The position numbers and the translations under genes are program-made. Of a DNA stretch of 64,000 bases, positions 37,163 through 47,877 are shown in pieces. The number at the start of each line of letters is the position of its first letter. The first letter of the stretch is position 1. The DNA comes from an uncultured Pseudomonadota bacterium (GTDB taxonomy: Bacteria; Pseudomonadota; Alphaproteobacteria; RF32; CAG-239), in NCBI GenBank assembly GCA_947054505.1, contig CAMRWU010000010.1:1893-65892 (forward strand), written 5' to 3'. The notes under the pieces were generated by a model. The model was not told where the DNA came from and searched no databases. It saw nothing but the letters and a program-made list of their open reading frames with translations.

Positions 37163-37191
37163 TTTCTAGCATATAAGATTCAGAAAATCAA
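37163..37191 (-). promoter_or_regulatory. Putative rplQ promoter
   Basis: Minus strand TTGATT (37186-91), 17 bp, TAGAAA (37163-68). Confidence 0.6.
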
Positions 37192-37291
37192 GCGATTTTT
37201 GCGAAAAGGGGAATTATTTTTTCCTGAAAAACTTGTATTTGCGCTCGGGAAGCATATCTCATTGCTATAATTCATTAGAGAGGAGAGAACC

Positions 37292-37624
37292 ATGTTAGTT
37301 GCAAAGACCAAAGATAATTTGAAAAAATGTAAATGTATGTCCTGTCCATCATACACATTGGGATGTAAGATTAAAAATATGCCGGAAAACATGTTTAAAT
37401 TGTTGGATGATTTGGACAATGTTGAGCATTATGAGTCGATGTTCTGTGCTTTTGAAAAAAGTCATTGTATTGATGAAGATCGCGGTTGTTTGTGTGAAAC
37501 TTGTCCCATTCATGCCGAATATGACCTGCATCGCGAAGACTATTGCATGAAAACCGGAGGAACACTGGCTCATAAGTGTTTGATGGGGTTTGATGACGCG
37601 GATGATGATTTGACAAAGCAATAA
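37292..37624 (+). CDS. DUF2769-like Cys-rich small protein
   Basis: CKCMSCPSY...MFCAFEKSHCI...GCLCETCPI...DYC pattern; GAGAGGAG ribosome-binding site; extended -10 TGCTATAAT. Confidence 0.7.
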   Translation: MLVAKTKDNLKKCKCMSCPSYTLGCKIKNMPENMFKLLDDLDNVEHYESMFCAFEKSHCIDEDRGCLCETCPIHAEYDLHREDYCMKTGGTLAHKCLMGFDDADDDLTKQ

Positions 37625-37637
37625 TACTGCGGAGGGG

Positions 37638-38297
37638 TTGGTGTCTGACATCTATGTTTCTGAAGCGAAGCCGCAAAATATTATGCAGGCCTATAAGATG
37701 GCAATTCTTGACGCTAAAAAAGCGGCGGATTTTGATGCCGAGATAGCGGCTTATCGTCGGGTTATTGACTATTGTCGAAATACTACGGAATGTCGGAAAG
37801 ATACCAGTGTGCGGCGACAGGTTTTGTTGCGTTGGGCTTATGAAAAAATCGCTGAAGCCTATTGGCACAAGAAAGATAAAAATCATGCCTTGAATTTTTT
37901 TGAAAGCAGTTTTAATTTTGCCAGAAACCGTCAGGAACAAAATTCGACTCTTGAGAAAATGGGGGAAATTTATTGGGAAACGGATGCGATGGACAAGTGG
38001 TTTGACGTGCGGGAAAAAATGGTCGGCAACCTTAGTCCGCAAGATAAAAGAGCTGCTTATTTGGTGTTGGCTCGCGAAGCTGTTGAGGAACAACAGGCGA
38101 TTGATTATCTGGAACAGGCATTGCAGGCTGTCAGCGGAGAAAACGGACCGTTGGACGAGCGTATGCAGAGTATTTTAGATATATCCGACCAATTGATGAC
38201 GCTTTATCGTCTTCGGAAAGATAATGCCAATTTGCAACGCTTGGAGAATCTGAGCGAACGGGTTGAGCAACTTCGTAAAAAAATAAGCCTTCATTAG
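37638..38297 (+). CDS. Helical-repeat (TPR-like) hypothetical protein
   Basis: Repeated A-Y-x-K-x-A/G-E-x-Y-W and A..YLEQAL helices. Confidence 0.65.
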   Translation: MVSDIYVSEAKPQNIMQAYKMAILDAKKAADFDAEIAAYRRVIDYCRNTTECRKDTSVRRQVLLRWAYEKIAEAYWHKKDKNHALNFFESSFNFARNRQEQNSTLEKMGEIYWETDAMDKWFDVREKMVGNLSPQDKRAAYLVLAREAVEEQQAIDYLEQALQAVSGENGPLDERMQSILDISDQLMTLYRLRKDNANLQRLENLSERVEQLRKKISLH

Positions 38298-38299
38298 GC

Positions 38300-39703
38300 T
38301 TATTTTTTTATGTCACAAAGAACTTGAAATTCTTCTTTTTTGTGTTGCAACATTTCTGCTTGTTGTTGCGGTAAAACGCCAAGTTTGCGCGCGATGACGT
38401 ATTGAGGCAATTGTTGCTTGATTTCTGTAATCGGACGATCCCAATGTTGCGGGCGGATACGAATTTTTTTGCTTTGTCCGGCAGAAACTTTTGAGGTGAT
38501 TTCGCCACTTTGGGCATCTTCAAATTCGCTTAGTGTCAGACGGATGTTTTCAAGGGTGTTCGGAATTAAAAATTCGATGAATTCTCCGCTGTTGATGTAG
38601 TTGCGGACCTCAAATATTGCATCATCACCTTGCCATTCGACAATGGAACCGGCGAACAGCCAGTCACCCAGTGTGCGGGTGTATTCATAATTTTGGCTGA
38701 TATTGGTCAGTTTTCCGTCATGAAAACCAAGACAATAGCCACGGTTTTGTAATGTGTTGAGGTCGTTCATATATTTTTGATAATCCCATGTTTGAGGATT
38801 TTGATACCAGTCGTCAATCGCCTGACGATAGGTGCGGGCGACAATGGCGGCATAATATTCTGTTTTGTTGCGGCCCTCGACTTTAAGAGAATCCATGCCG
38901 CTGCCAAGCAGGTCGGGCAGACGGGGCATTAAGCACATGTCTTTGGAGTTGAGCATATAGCCGCCAAACTCATCTTCCATAACCTCGTAATATTCTCCGG
39001 GACGGAATTCTTCTTCCAACAAAAATTCAAAGGAATCTTTGTTGTTCTCATCAATTGTCAGTTCTTTTATCGTACCGTCTTTGAGGCGCAGGTGCAGTTT
39101 GTAGTGCCAACGGCAACAGTGGGCGCATTTGCCCTGATTGGCGCTACGGTCAGCCAGATAGTTTGAGATTAGGCAACGGCCGGAGTAGGACATACACATG
39201 GCACCATGCATAAAGCATTCGAGCATAATGTCCGGACATTTTTCTCTGATTTCTTTCATTTCTTCGAAAGTAACTTCGCGGCCGAGAACACAGAGTTTTG
39301 CGCCTTGCGACTGCCAAAATTTGACGGCTTGATAGGAACAGATGTTTGCCTGTGTGGATACAAATAAGTTTAATTCCGGAGCGTGTTCTTTAACAAACTG
39401 AAAAACCCCCGGGTCGGCAATGAGTACGCCGTCCGGTTGCAGTTGACGCAACGTTTCGATAAAGGTCGGCAGTTTTTCAACATCGCGGTTATGCATAAAG
39501 AGGTTGAGTGTCAGATAGATTTTTTTGCCGTGTTGGTGAACGAAGTCAATGCCTTCTTTCAGTTCTTCAATAGAGAATTTTGACTGGGCGCGCAAGCACA
39601 TGTCCGGTGTGCCGGCATAGACGGCATCTGCACCGTAAAGGATGGCGGTTTTGAGTTTGACCAGTGAGCCGGCCGGCAACAGTAATTCAGCTTTATCTAA
39701 CAT
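38300..39703 (-). CDS. trhP: U32-family protein, TrhP/YegQ-like (O2-independent tRNA hydroxylation)
   Basis: GADAVYAG, HGAMCMSYSGRCLIS...NQGKCAHCCRW (Fe-S Cys motif), SLKVEGRNK. Confidence 0.85.
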   Translation of the reverse strand: MLDKAELLLPAGSLVKLKTAILYGADAVYAGTPDMCLRAQSKFSIEELKEGIDFVHQHGKKIYLTLNLFMHNRDVEKLPTFIETLRQLQPDGVLIADPGVFQFVKEHAPELNLFVSTQANICSYQAVKFWQSQGAKLCVLGREVTFEEMKEIREKCPDIMLECFMHGAMCMSYSGRCLISNYLADRSANQGKCAHCCRWHYKLHLRLKDGTIKELTIDENNKDSFEFLLEEEFRPGEYYEVMEDEFGGYMLNSKDMCLMPRLPDLLGSGMDSLKVEGRNKTEYYAAIVARTYRQAIDDWYQNPQTWDYQKYMNDLNTLQNRGYCLGFHDGKLTNISQNYEYTRTLGDWLFAGSIVEWQGDDAIFEVRNYINSGEFIEFLIPNTLENIRLTLSEFEDAQSGEITSKVSAGQSKKIRIRPQHWDRPITEIKQQLPQYVIARKLGVLPQQQAEMLQHKKEEFQVLCDIKK

Positions 39704-39704
39704 C

Positions 39705-40487
39705 TTAATCCTTTATTTCTATTTTTTGCGCCAGAGCTTCCAAGCGTCCCAGCGGTGTGTCTTCAATCATAATTTTAGCAATGAAAGGTTTGCGGGTTTT
39801 CTCATCTTCCATCATCCAGAAGTATATCGGACGGTCAGAGGTCATTTCCCACAGCAAATCATCACCTTTGTCACCCAGTTTGTCAATATATATTGAACAC
39901 TTTACGGCCGTTCCGGAATAGGGTAGGCCTTTTTGGGGCAGAAGTTCTTCCTTGCCCTCGTCTTTGAAGATGACATCAAAACGTTTTTTGCCGTCAAAGA
40001 CCTGCATACGGGCATCGCAAAAGCGGACATCATTATATTGTTTGGCCAGTTTGGCAAAGATGGTTTGCAAGTCGGTTGTGTCCGTGCTGTCAATGGTGGT
40101 GTCGACACTGCCTTTTTTTTGTTTGCCGTTTTTGGTGCTGAGGCGATAAAGCGGTCGGCCGTTGTCATCATAAACAAGTTCTTTACTGCGTTTGTTGAAA
40201 CGAGATTGCGAATCGTAATGATAGCTGGCTGTTTCGAATTTTTCTTTTTTTATTTTTCCGGTGGTGGCGTAGTTTGCTTTGAACGGATATAGGGTGTTAA
40301 AAACGCCGTTTGTTTGGACTCTTGAATTGACACCATAGGTCACTGGATTCAATGTGTAGGCAAATTGCGCATTGGCGGCATCAAACGGACCGATGGAAAC
40401 ATCAAAGTGATGCTGAACCTCGAAGGCCGCGGCAGAGGATATTTTTATGAGGCCAATCACCAGAATAAATAAAGTTGTTTTTTTCAT
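39705..40487 (-). CDS. DUF3108-like exported protein
   Basis: Signal peptide, DLQTIF, FDGKKRFDV; beta-rich. Confidence 0.65.
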   Translation of the reverse strand: MKKTTLFILVIGLIKISSAAAFEVQHHFDVSIGPFDAANAQFAYTLNPVTYGVNSRVQTNGVFNTLYPFKANYATTGKIKKEKFETASYHYDSQSRFNKRSKELVYDDNGRPLYRLSTKNGKQKKGSVDTTIDSTDTTDLQTIFAKLAKQYNDVRFCDARMQVFDGKKRFDVIFKDEGKEELLPQKGLPYSGTAVKCSIYIDKLGDKGDDLLWEMTSDRPIYFWMMEDEKTRKPFIAKIMIEDTPLGRLEALAQKIEIKD

Positions 40488-40554
40488 TGTGGTTTTAGTC
40501 TTTCTTTAAACTTTTCGGATACAATAGCAGAAAATTTGAAAAAAGGAAGTTAAT

Positions 40555-41469
40555 ATGTCAAAAAAAGTTTTGGTTTTAGCCGGTGGTTTTTCTGCAGAGA
40601 GAGAAGTCAGCCTAAATGCTTGTGATGATATTGTTGCCGCTTTGCAGGTTAGCGGGTATGATGTTGTGTTGCATGATTTGAAAGATGTTTGGGCTTTTAT
40701 TGATGTTTTGAGGCAAGAAAAGCCGGATGTCGTTTATAACGGATTGTACGGTAATTGGGGTGAAGACGGCGAAATACAAGGATTGCTTGATTTGTTACAA
40801 ATTCCCTATACGCACTCCGGTGTATTGGCTTCCTGTGTGGGGATGGATAAATATCTGAGCAAGGTTGTTGCCAAGAGTTGCGGTATTCGCGTAGCTCCGG
40901 GGCAAAAAATGACGGCCCGTGATTTTATGGCAAACGGGACGGTTATTCCTTATCCCTATGTGGTTAAGCCGGTGAGTGACGGTTCCAGTGTCGGTGTATT
41001 TATTGTTGAGAATCCGGAAGATCAATTGAAAGTTAAATATCCGGATTTGGATTGCGAAATTTTGGTTGAGAAATTTATTTCCGGGCAGGAACTGACGGTA
41101 ATGTGTTTGGACGGTAAGGCGCATGTGGTAACGGAGTTGCGGGCGTCTGACAAGTTTTATGATTATAAGGCCAAATACACAAACGGTGTGACACAGCATA
41201 TTTTGCCGGCGGAAATTCCGCATGAGGTGGCAGAGGTCTGTAAAGCTTATGCCGAGAAAATGCATCAGACGTTGGGATGTAATTCGGTATCTCGTACCGA
41301 TTTGCGTTATAATTCGGAAGACGGTGTCGTCTTTTTGGAGATTAATACGAATCCGGGGATGACATCACTATCCTTAGTTCCGGAGCAAGCCAAGTATGCC
41401 GGTGTCGATTATCCGACACTATGTTCTCGCTTGGTTGAAAATGCCAAGTGTCGGAAATTGTCCGTATGA
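40555..41469 (+). CDS. ddl: D-alanine--D-alanine ligase (DdlB-like)
   Basis: GGFSAEREVSL, GNWGEDG, YPYVVKP..GSSVG, FYDYKAKY, LEINTNPGMT. Confidence 0.96.
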   Translation: MSKKVLVLAGGFSAEREVSLNACDDIVAALQVSGYDVVLHDLKDVWAFIDVLRQEKPDVVYNGLYGNWGEDGEIQGLLDLLQIPYTHSGVLASCVGMDKYLSKVVAKSCGIRVAPGQKMTARDFMANGTVIPYPYVVKPVSDGSSVGVFIVENPEDQLKVKYPDLDCEILVEKFISGQELTVMCLDGKAHVVTELRASDKFYDYKAKYTNGVTQHILPAEIPHEVAEVCKAYAEKMHQTLGCNSVSRTDLRYNSEDGVVFLEINTNPGMTSLSLVPEQAKYAGVDYPTLCSRLVENAKCRKLSV

Positions 41470-42374
41470 TTGAATTACCGGCATTGAAACATAATTCGGT
41501 TGTTGTTATCGGCGGACCGACAGCGTCCGGAAAGTCCGGTTTGGCTATTGATATCGCAAAAATGTATAACGGCGAGGTGATTAATGCCGATTCAATGCAG
41601 GTTTATTGCGGGTTGCCGATTTTGTCGGCAGTGCCGTCTTTAGAAGAGCGACAGGGAATCCCTCATCATCTGTATGAAATTTATGAACCGTCGGTGAACG
41701 GAACAGTGGTTGATTGGTTGAATTTGGCGGTGGCGAAAATTCAAGAAGTGTGGGCAAGAGGCAAACTTCCTGTTGTGGTTGGTGGTACGGGGATGTATCT
41801 GGATAATCTGGTTAACGGAACAACGCCCATTCCCGAACCGGATGAAAAAATAAGGCAACAGATTTTAAGTTTGCAGGGGCAGTTGAATGCCGAAGAGTTT
41901 TATGAGCGGTTGCGTCAAATCGATGCGGCGGGAGCGGCAATGCTTAATCCTAATGATACAACCAGAGTGCGACGGGCGTATGAAATTTTTGAGCAGACGG
42001 GTATGTCGATAGCTGAGTGGTATCAAAAGCCGATGGTTAAAAAAATTCCGGAGGCTGATTTTGTGACGATTAAACTTGTGCCGCCGGCAGATGTTTTGGA
42101 TGAGCGGTGCTATCGGCGGTTTGATATGATGGTGGAAGCCGGTGCGGTGGATGAAGTGCGACGTTTGTTGCTATTGAGGTTGGATGAAAAGCTTCCGGCA
42201 ATGAAAATGCTCGGCGTTCCGGAGTTGGCGGGTTTTGTACAAGGTGTGTGTTCTTTGGACAAATCTGTTGAAGAGGCAAAACGCCATACCAGACAGTATG
42301 CAAAGCGGCAGAGAACGTGGTTTCGGAACAAGTTTGCCGCGGATGTCGTTTTTGACGGAATCTATTCTTGTTGA
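41466..42374 (+). CDS. miaA: tRNA dimethylallyltransferase
   Basis: GPTASGKS, INADSMQVY, VVGGTGMY, TRQYAKRQRTWFR. Confidence 0.98.
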   Translation: MIELPALKHNSVVVIGGPTASGKSGLAIDIAKMYNGEVINADSMQVYCGLPILSAVPSLEERQGIPHHLYEIYEPSVNGTVVDWLNLAVAKIQEVWARGKLPVVVGGTGMYLDNLVNGTTPIPEPDEKIRQQILSLQGQLNAEEFYERLRQIDAAGAAMLNPNDTTRVRRAYEIFEQTGMSIAEWYQKPMVKKIPEADFVTIKLVPPADVLDERCYRRFDMMVEAGAVDEVRRLLLLRLDEKLPAMKMLGVPELAGFVQGVCSLDKSVEEAKRHTRQYAKRQRTWFRNKFAADVVFDGIYSC

Positions 42375-42430
42375 CAAAAAGTGCCGTTTGTGCTAAATTG
42401 TTGCCATACTTAAATCTAAGGAGACAATTT

Positions 42431-43381
42431 ATGACAATTGCAATCGACACAAACAGAGTTGGATTTGAAACCCTGAATATAACGCAAAAAGCTGAGGCGC
42501 TCGGATTGTTGGCACCGTTATCCGATATCCCGACTCAAAATGCTGGGGCTTATAAGGAAACGCCGGTCGATGTCGATGGCGAAGCTAATCAGGAAAAACT
42601 TGTTGATGTTCGTGATTTCGGGATTGCCAGTGTTCCTTATTATCGAAGTCAGGCGCACACAAATCCGACATACGGAAAAGATATTCCGGGAGCTCCAGAT
42701 GTTAATTATGTCCGTGAAGGGACAGGTCGCTTGTTAAAACAGGTTAATGAAATTTTGGATAAATTGGGGTTGGAACTTGTTGTTGTTGACGGTCATCGTT
42801 CGCCGGTGACACAAAATATTTTGTTCAAAGCCTTTAAAGAGAAATATTTTGAAAAAGTTCATTGCGGTGAATCTTCCCGTACTCCGGAAAATTCTGATAC
42901 TTTAGATGAAAAACGGCGCTTTTATGACAGAAAAGCCAGCGAATTTGCTTTGGATTTTTGTTCAAGTGCCGAAAATTTTGATGCTAAAAATCCGAAGACA
43001 TGGTCTATTCATTCTACGGGCGGAGCAGTTGATGTCTATATGCGCGATAAAAACAGCGGCAAAATTGTCGATATGGGCGAAGAGTATTTTGATAATCCGC
43101 AACCGGCAACTTGTATGGGGTTTTATGAAAAACAGCAGGAAACGCAATTGAGCGAACAGCAACGCGGGTATCGTGATGCCAGACGTGTTTTGTATAATGC
43201 GATGACTTCGGCTGATTTTGTTAATTTTGGAAACGAATGCTTCCATTTCAGTTATCAGGATATGTATTGGGGATGTGTTAAGGGAAAAAATGCAAAATAC
43301 GGTTATATGCAAAGCCCTAAAGACCGCAGTTTGTCCTTGATGCTGGGAGCGCTGGTTGATAGTAAAACTAAGAATGTATAA
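42431..43381 (+). CDS. D-Ala-D-Ala dipeptidase-like M15 metallopeptidase (VanX/DdpX family)
   Basis: VDGHRS, SIHSTGGAVDV (SxHxxGxAxD), DMG..FD, ECFHFSY; own promoter TTGACA-17-TAAATT (42371-42399). Confidence 0.85.
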   Translation: MTIAIDTNRVGFETLNITQKAEALGLLAPLSDIPTQNAGAYKETPVDVDGEANQEKLVDVRDFGIASVPYYRSQAHTNPTYGKDIPGAPDVNYVREGTGRLLKQVNEILDKLGLELVVVDGHRSPVTQNILFKAFKEKYFEKVHCGESSRTPENSDTLDEKRRFYDRKASEFALDFCSSAENFDAKNPKTWSIHSTGGAVDVYMRDKNSGKIVDMGEEYFDNPQPATCMGFYEKQQETQLSEQQRGYRDARRVLYNAMTSADFVNFGNECFHFSYQDMYWGCVKGKNAKYGYMQSPKDRSLSLMLGALVDSKTKNV

Positions 43382-43400
43382 TGCATTTTTTATTTTTTTC

Positions 43401-43424
43401 AGAGGCCGAAAGGCCTCTTTTTTT
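43401..43424 (+). terminator. Terminator
   Basis: AGAGGCC-GAAA-GGCCTCT followed by a T run. Confidence 0.85.
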
Positions 43425-43502
43425 CTTGTTGTTAAAAAAGTAATTACTGCTTGCACTGTAGCGAATATCGTTATAAAAGTTAATCAATAACAAGTTATCT
43501 AA

Positions 43503-44564
<1,062 letters not shown>

Positions 44565-44676
44565 GCTTTGCAGAGTTAAATAAAGGGGGTAACGTTTTTC
44601 TTGTTAAAAACCTGAGCGACGTTGCCCCCGATTGTTGTTTATCTTTGTTTTATTCGAATATTTTTAGGTTTTTGTT

Positions 44677-45543
44677 ATGAAACGGCGGAGAAGTTTATTT
44701 ATTCATTTAAGCCATATCAGATTGCTGGCGCAAAAATTTGCGTTGGTTATTTTGTTTTTATCCGCCTTTGTTTTGATGCTTGTTAATAAAACCGACACAA
44801 TCCTGATTGAGAAAACCTCTTCTGTGGCGACAGATGTAGTGACGCCGATGATTGATGTTTTGGTTATCCCTGCTAAGATTTTGGCTCAGGTTTATGATTA
44901 TTTTCATGATTTGAAACAAGTGAGAGAGGATAATCTGAAGCTCAAAGAAGAGAATCGGCAGCTGAATCTTTTGTATGAACGAGCAAGAGCTTTGGAAATT
45001 GAAAATAAGCTTTTGTCCGGATTGTTAAATTTTGTTGTCCCGCCTGAGGCTGAATATGTTACCGCTCGTGTTGTGGCAGAAGAAGGAGATGCCTTTTCTC
45101 ATTCTTTGATTGCCTATATCGGTAACAAAGATGTGACACGAGGACAAATTGCCATTTCTGACAAAGGGGTTGTCGGGCGTGTTGATAAGGTTTCAAATGT
45201 TTATGCAAAGATTTTGCTGATCACAGATATTAACTCCAGAATTCCTGTTATGGTCGAAAAAACACGTGTGCGAGGGATTGTGGCCGGAGATAATACGATG
45301 TTTCCCAAGCTGGTATTTACGCCGTTGGGGGCTGAGTTGAATGTGGGAGACAGGGTTGTCACCTCTGGTGTTTCCGGCGTTTTTCCTGCGGGGTTGCCGG
45401 TCGGAAAAGTGGTTGGTGTCAGCAAGTATGAGATTAAGATTAAGCCGTTTACAAATCTGGAAGAATTGGAGTATGTCAAGTTAGTCAGCTATAATCTTGA
45501 CGATATGTTCTCCGCGGAAGAGCAGGGCAAAGAGGATGAGTGA
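44677..45543 (+). CDS. mreC: Rod shape-determining protein MreC
   Basis: N-terminal TM, coiled coil, GVVGRV, GDRVVTSGVSGVFPAGLPVG. Confidence 0.96.
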   Translation: MKRRRSLFIHLSHIRLLAQKFALVILFLSAFVLMLVNKTDTILIEKTSSVATDVVTPMIDVLVIPAKILAQVYDYFHDLKQVREDNLKLKEENRQLNLLYERARALEIENKLLSGLLNFVVPPEAEYVTARVVAEEGDAFSHSLIAYIGNKDVTRGQIAISDKGVVGRVDKVSNVYAKILLITDINSRIPVMVEKTRVRGIVAGDNTMFPKLVFTPLGAELNVGDRVVTSGVSGVFPAGLPVGKVVGVSKYEIKIKPFTNLEELEYVKLVSYNLDDMFSAEEQGKEDE

Positions 45544-46054
45544 TAACCTTGATGAAAATATTGCATCTCTGTTTCAGCGGATGTTGCCGTTGTTGTCGTC
45601 AATGTTTTTTCTTTTTTTGTCGTATTTGCCGCTTGATTTGAGTTATCTCAACAATATTCGTCCCGTGGCATTGTTGGTTTGTGTGTATTATTGGTTGTTG
45701 CATCGTCCGGATTTGTTCAATCTGTTGTCGGTATATTTTTTAGGATTGTTGGCGGATATTGTTTCATCGGCTCCCTTTGGTTCCAATGTTTTTGCGTTGT
45801 TGTTGTTGTATGTTTTGGTGATTAATACGTCACGGTTTTTTAATGCAAAGCCGTTTGTGGTAACATGGTATGGTTTTGCATTGTTGTCTTTTGTAACGAT
45901 GATCAGCCGTTGGTTGATTGTTTCAATTTATTATAGTCAGTTTTTGCCGTTGACGATGGTGTTGTTCAGCGTTTTGGCAACAATAGCCGCATATCCGCTG
46001 GTTTCTTTAGCTTTGGCGTATGTGCAAAATTCGCTGATGCAGGGTGAAGAGTAA
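45536..46054 (+). CDS. mreD: Rod shape-determining protein MreD
   Basis: Polytopic; YYWLLHRP, LGLLADIV..PFG; position in the operon. Confidence 0.9.
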   Translation: MSDNLDENIASLFQRMLPLLSSMFFLFLSYLPLDLSYLNNIRPVALLVCVYYWLLHRPDLFNLLSVYFLGLLADIVSSAPFGSNVFALLLLYVLVINTSRFFNAKPFVVTWYGFALLSFVTMISRWLIVSIYYSQFLPLTMVLFSVLATIAAYPLVSLALAYVQNSLMQGEE

Positions 46055-47874
46055 TGAATCGGGATAATGATAAAGGTAAAGTGTTAATCAGTCGCTCTCT
46101 GATATTGGGAGTGGGGAAGCTTGTCTTGTTGTTGGTGATTATTGCCCGTCTTTATTATCTGCAAGTGTATCAAGCCGATAAGTATAAAATGTTGGCTGAT
46201 GAAAATCGGATTTCGACGCGTTTGTTGGTTCCGCCTCGGGGTATTATCTATGATCGTCACATGAAAGAATTGGCAACCAATCGTCAAAACTTTCAGGCAT
46301 CTATTGTTGCTGAGCAGACGACAAATGTGCAGGAAACGTTGGATGCTTTTAAGAAGATTATGCCGCTGAGTGAAGCCGAGGAAGAAAAAATTAAAAAAGA
46401 CTTGCGCAAGAATCGTAGCTTTGTGCCTATTAAGATTAAGGATAATCTGACATGGGAAGAAGTGGCTAAAATTCAGCTTAATGCGCCGGATTTACCGGGG
46501 ATTATGATTGATGAGGGTTTGTTGCGTTATTATCCTTTGGGGGAGAAAGCCGCTCCGGTTGTCGGGTATGTGTCTTCAGTTTCCGATAATGATAAAAAAG
46601 ATGATCCGTTGTTGGAGATTCCGGGGTTCAAAATCGGGAAGGCTGGAATCGAAAAGTTGTTTGAACATCCGTTACGCGGAAAAGGCGGACACTTGAAACT
46701 GGAAGTTAATGCCTATGGTCGGGTTATGAAGGAGATTGAACGAAACGACGGTGTTTCCGGTGAAAAGATTGAGCTTAGCATAGATTCCCGCTTGCAGGAA
46801 AAAGCGTATGATTTGTTTGGCGAAGAAAGCGGCGCGGCTATTTTGATGAATGCAAACAGCGGGGAAATTTTGGCATTTGTTTCTACTCCGGCGTATGATC
46901 CCAATGTGATGACACAAGGTATTTCGCAAAAAGAGTGGTCGGAATTAAACAATAACGAACGTCATCCTCTGGTTAATAAAGCGTTGTCCGGACAATATTC
47001 TCCGGGATCAACTTTTAAGATGGTTGTGGCGTTGGCGGCTTTAGAAGCCGGAGTTATAACCCCGCAGACCCGTTCATTTTGTGCGGGAAAAATGATGTTG
47101 GGGAATCATACTTTCCATTGTTGGAAGGGGTTTGGACACGGGTATATTAATGTTGTGCAAGCTTTGGAGCATTCCTGCGATATTTTCTTTTATGAGACAG
47201 CGCAAAAAGTAGGGATTAACAAGATTGCCGAGATGGCTCGCCGTTTTGGGTTGGGTGATAAAATCAACATCGGTTTGGAGAACGAAAAAAGCGGCTTGAT
47301 ACCCGATACCGATTGGAAAATACGTCGTTTTGGCGAGCCGTGGCAACAAGGAGAAAGTTTGATTTCCGGTATCGGGCAGGGCTATGTTTTGGCCACGCCG
47401 ATACAATTGGCGACAATGACGGCCAGAATTGCCAATGGGGGATATGAGGTGGTTCCGACGTTTAAGAAAGCCAGTGAGCAAAACGTAACGGAATTAAAAA
47501 AGATAGATATTGCACCGGCATATTTGGATTTGGTCAAGCAAGGAATGTATGACGTGGTTAATTCCCAAGGGGGAACGGCCTATGCGCATCGTATAGATTT
47601 TAACGGGCAGAAGATGAGCGGAAAAACCGGAACGACACAGGTGCGTCGTATTACCATGAAAGAACGGCAAAGCGGTGTTTTGCGGCAAGAGGATTTGCCG
47701 TGGCATTTGCGTAATCATGCTTTGTTTGTCGGATATGCGCCTCATGATAATCCTAAATATGCTATTGCTGTTTTGGTTGAGCATGGGCGTGGCGGATCTG
47801 TTGCCGCTGATTTAGCAGGGAAATTGTTGTTACAAGCCTTAAAGTTGGATGCCTCGGAGCAACCGGTGGAGTAA
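46054..47874 (+). CDS. mrdA: Penicillin-binding protein 2
   Basis: PPRGIIYDR, PGSTFK (SxxK), SCD, KTGT. Confidence 0.97.
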   Translation: MNRDNDKGKVLISRSLILGVGKLVLLLVIIARLYYLQVYQADKYKMLADENRISTRLLVPPRGIIYDRHMKELATNRQNFQASIVAEQTTNVQETLDAFKKIMPLSEAEEEKIKKDLRKNRSFVPIKIKDNLTWEEVAKIQLNAPDLPGIMIDEGLLRYYPLGEKAAPVVGYVSSVSDNDKKDDPLLEIPGFKIGKAGIEKLFEHPLRGKGGHLKLEVNAYGRVMKEIERNDGVSGEKIELSIDSRLQEKAYDLFGEESGAAILMNANSGEILAFVSTPAYDPNVMTQGISQKEWSELNNNERHPLVNKALSGQYSPGSTFKMVVALAALEAGVITPQTRSFCAGKMMLGNHTFHCWKGFGHGYINVVQALEHSCDIFFYETAQKVGINKIAEMARRFGLGDKINIGLENEKSGLIPDTDWKIRRFGEPWQQGESLISGIGQGYVLATPIQLATMTARIANGGYEVVPTFKKASEQNVTELKKIDIAPAYLDLVKQGMYDVVNSQGGTAYAHRIDFNGQKMSGKTGTTQVRRITMKERQSGVLRQEDLPWHLRNHALFVGYAPHDNPKYAIAVLVEHGRGGSVAADLAGKLLLQALKLDASEQPVE

Positions 47875-47877
47875 AAA

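Noticed and set aside
40555-43381. vanHAX-type glycopeptide-resistance cluster
   Set aside because: The ligase has the DdlB-type YDYxAKY Tyr loop; there is no vanH dehydrogenase or vanRS, and miaA lies between the two genes.
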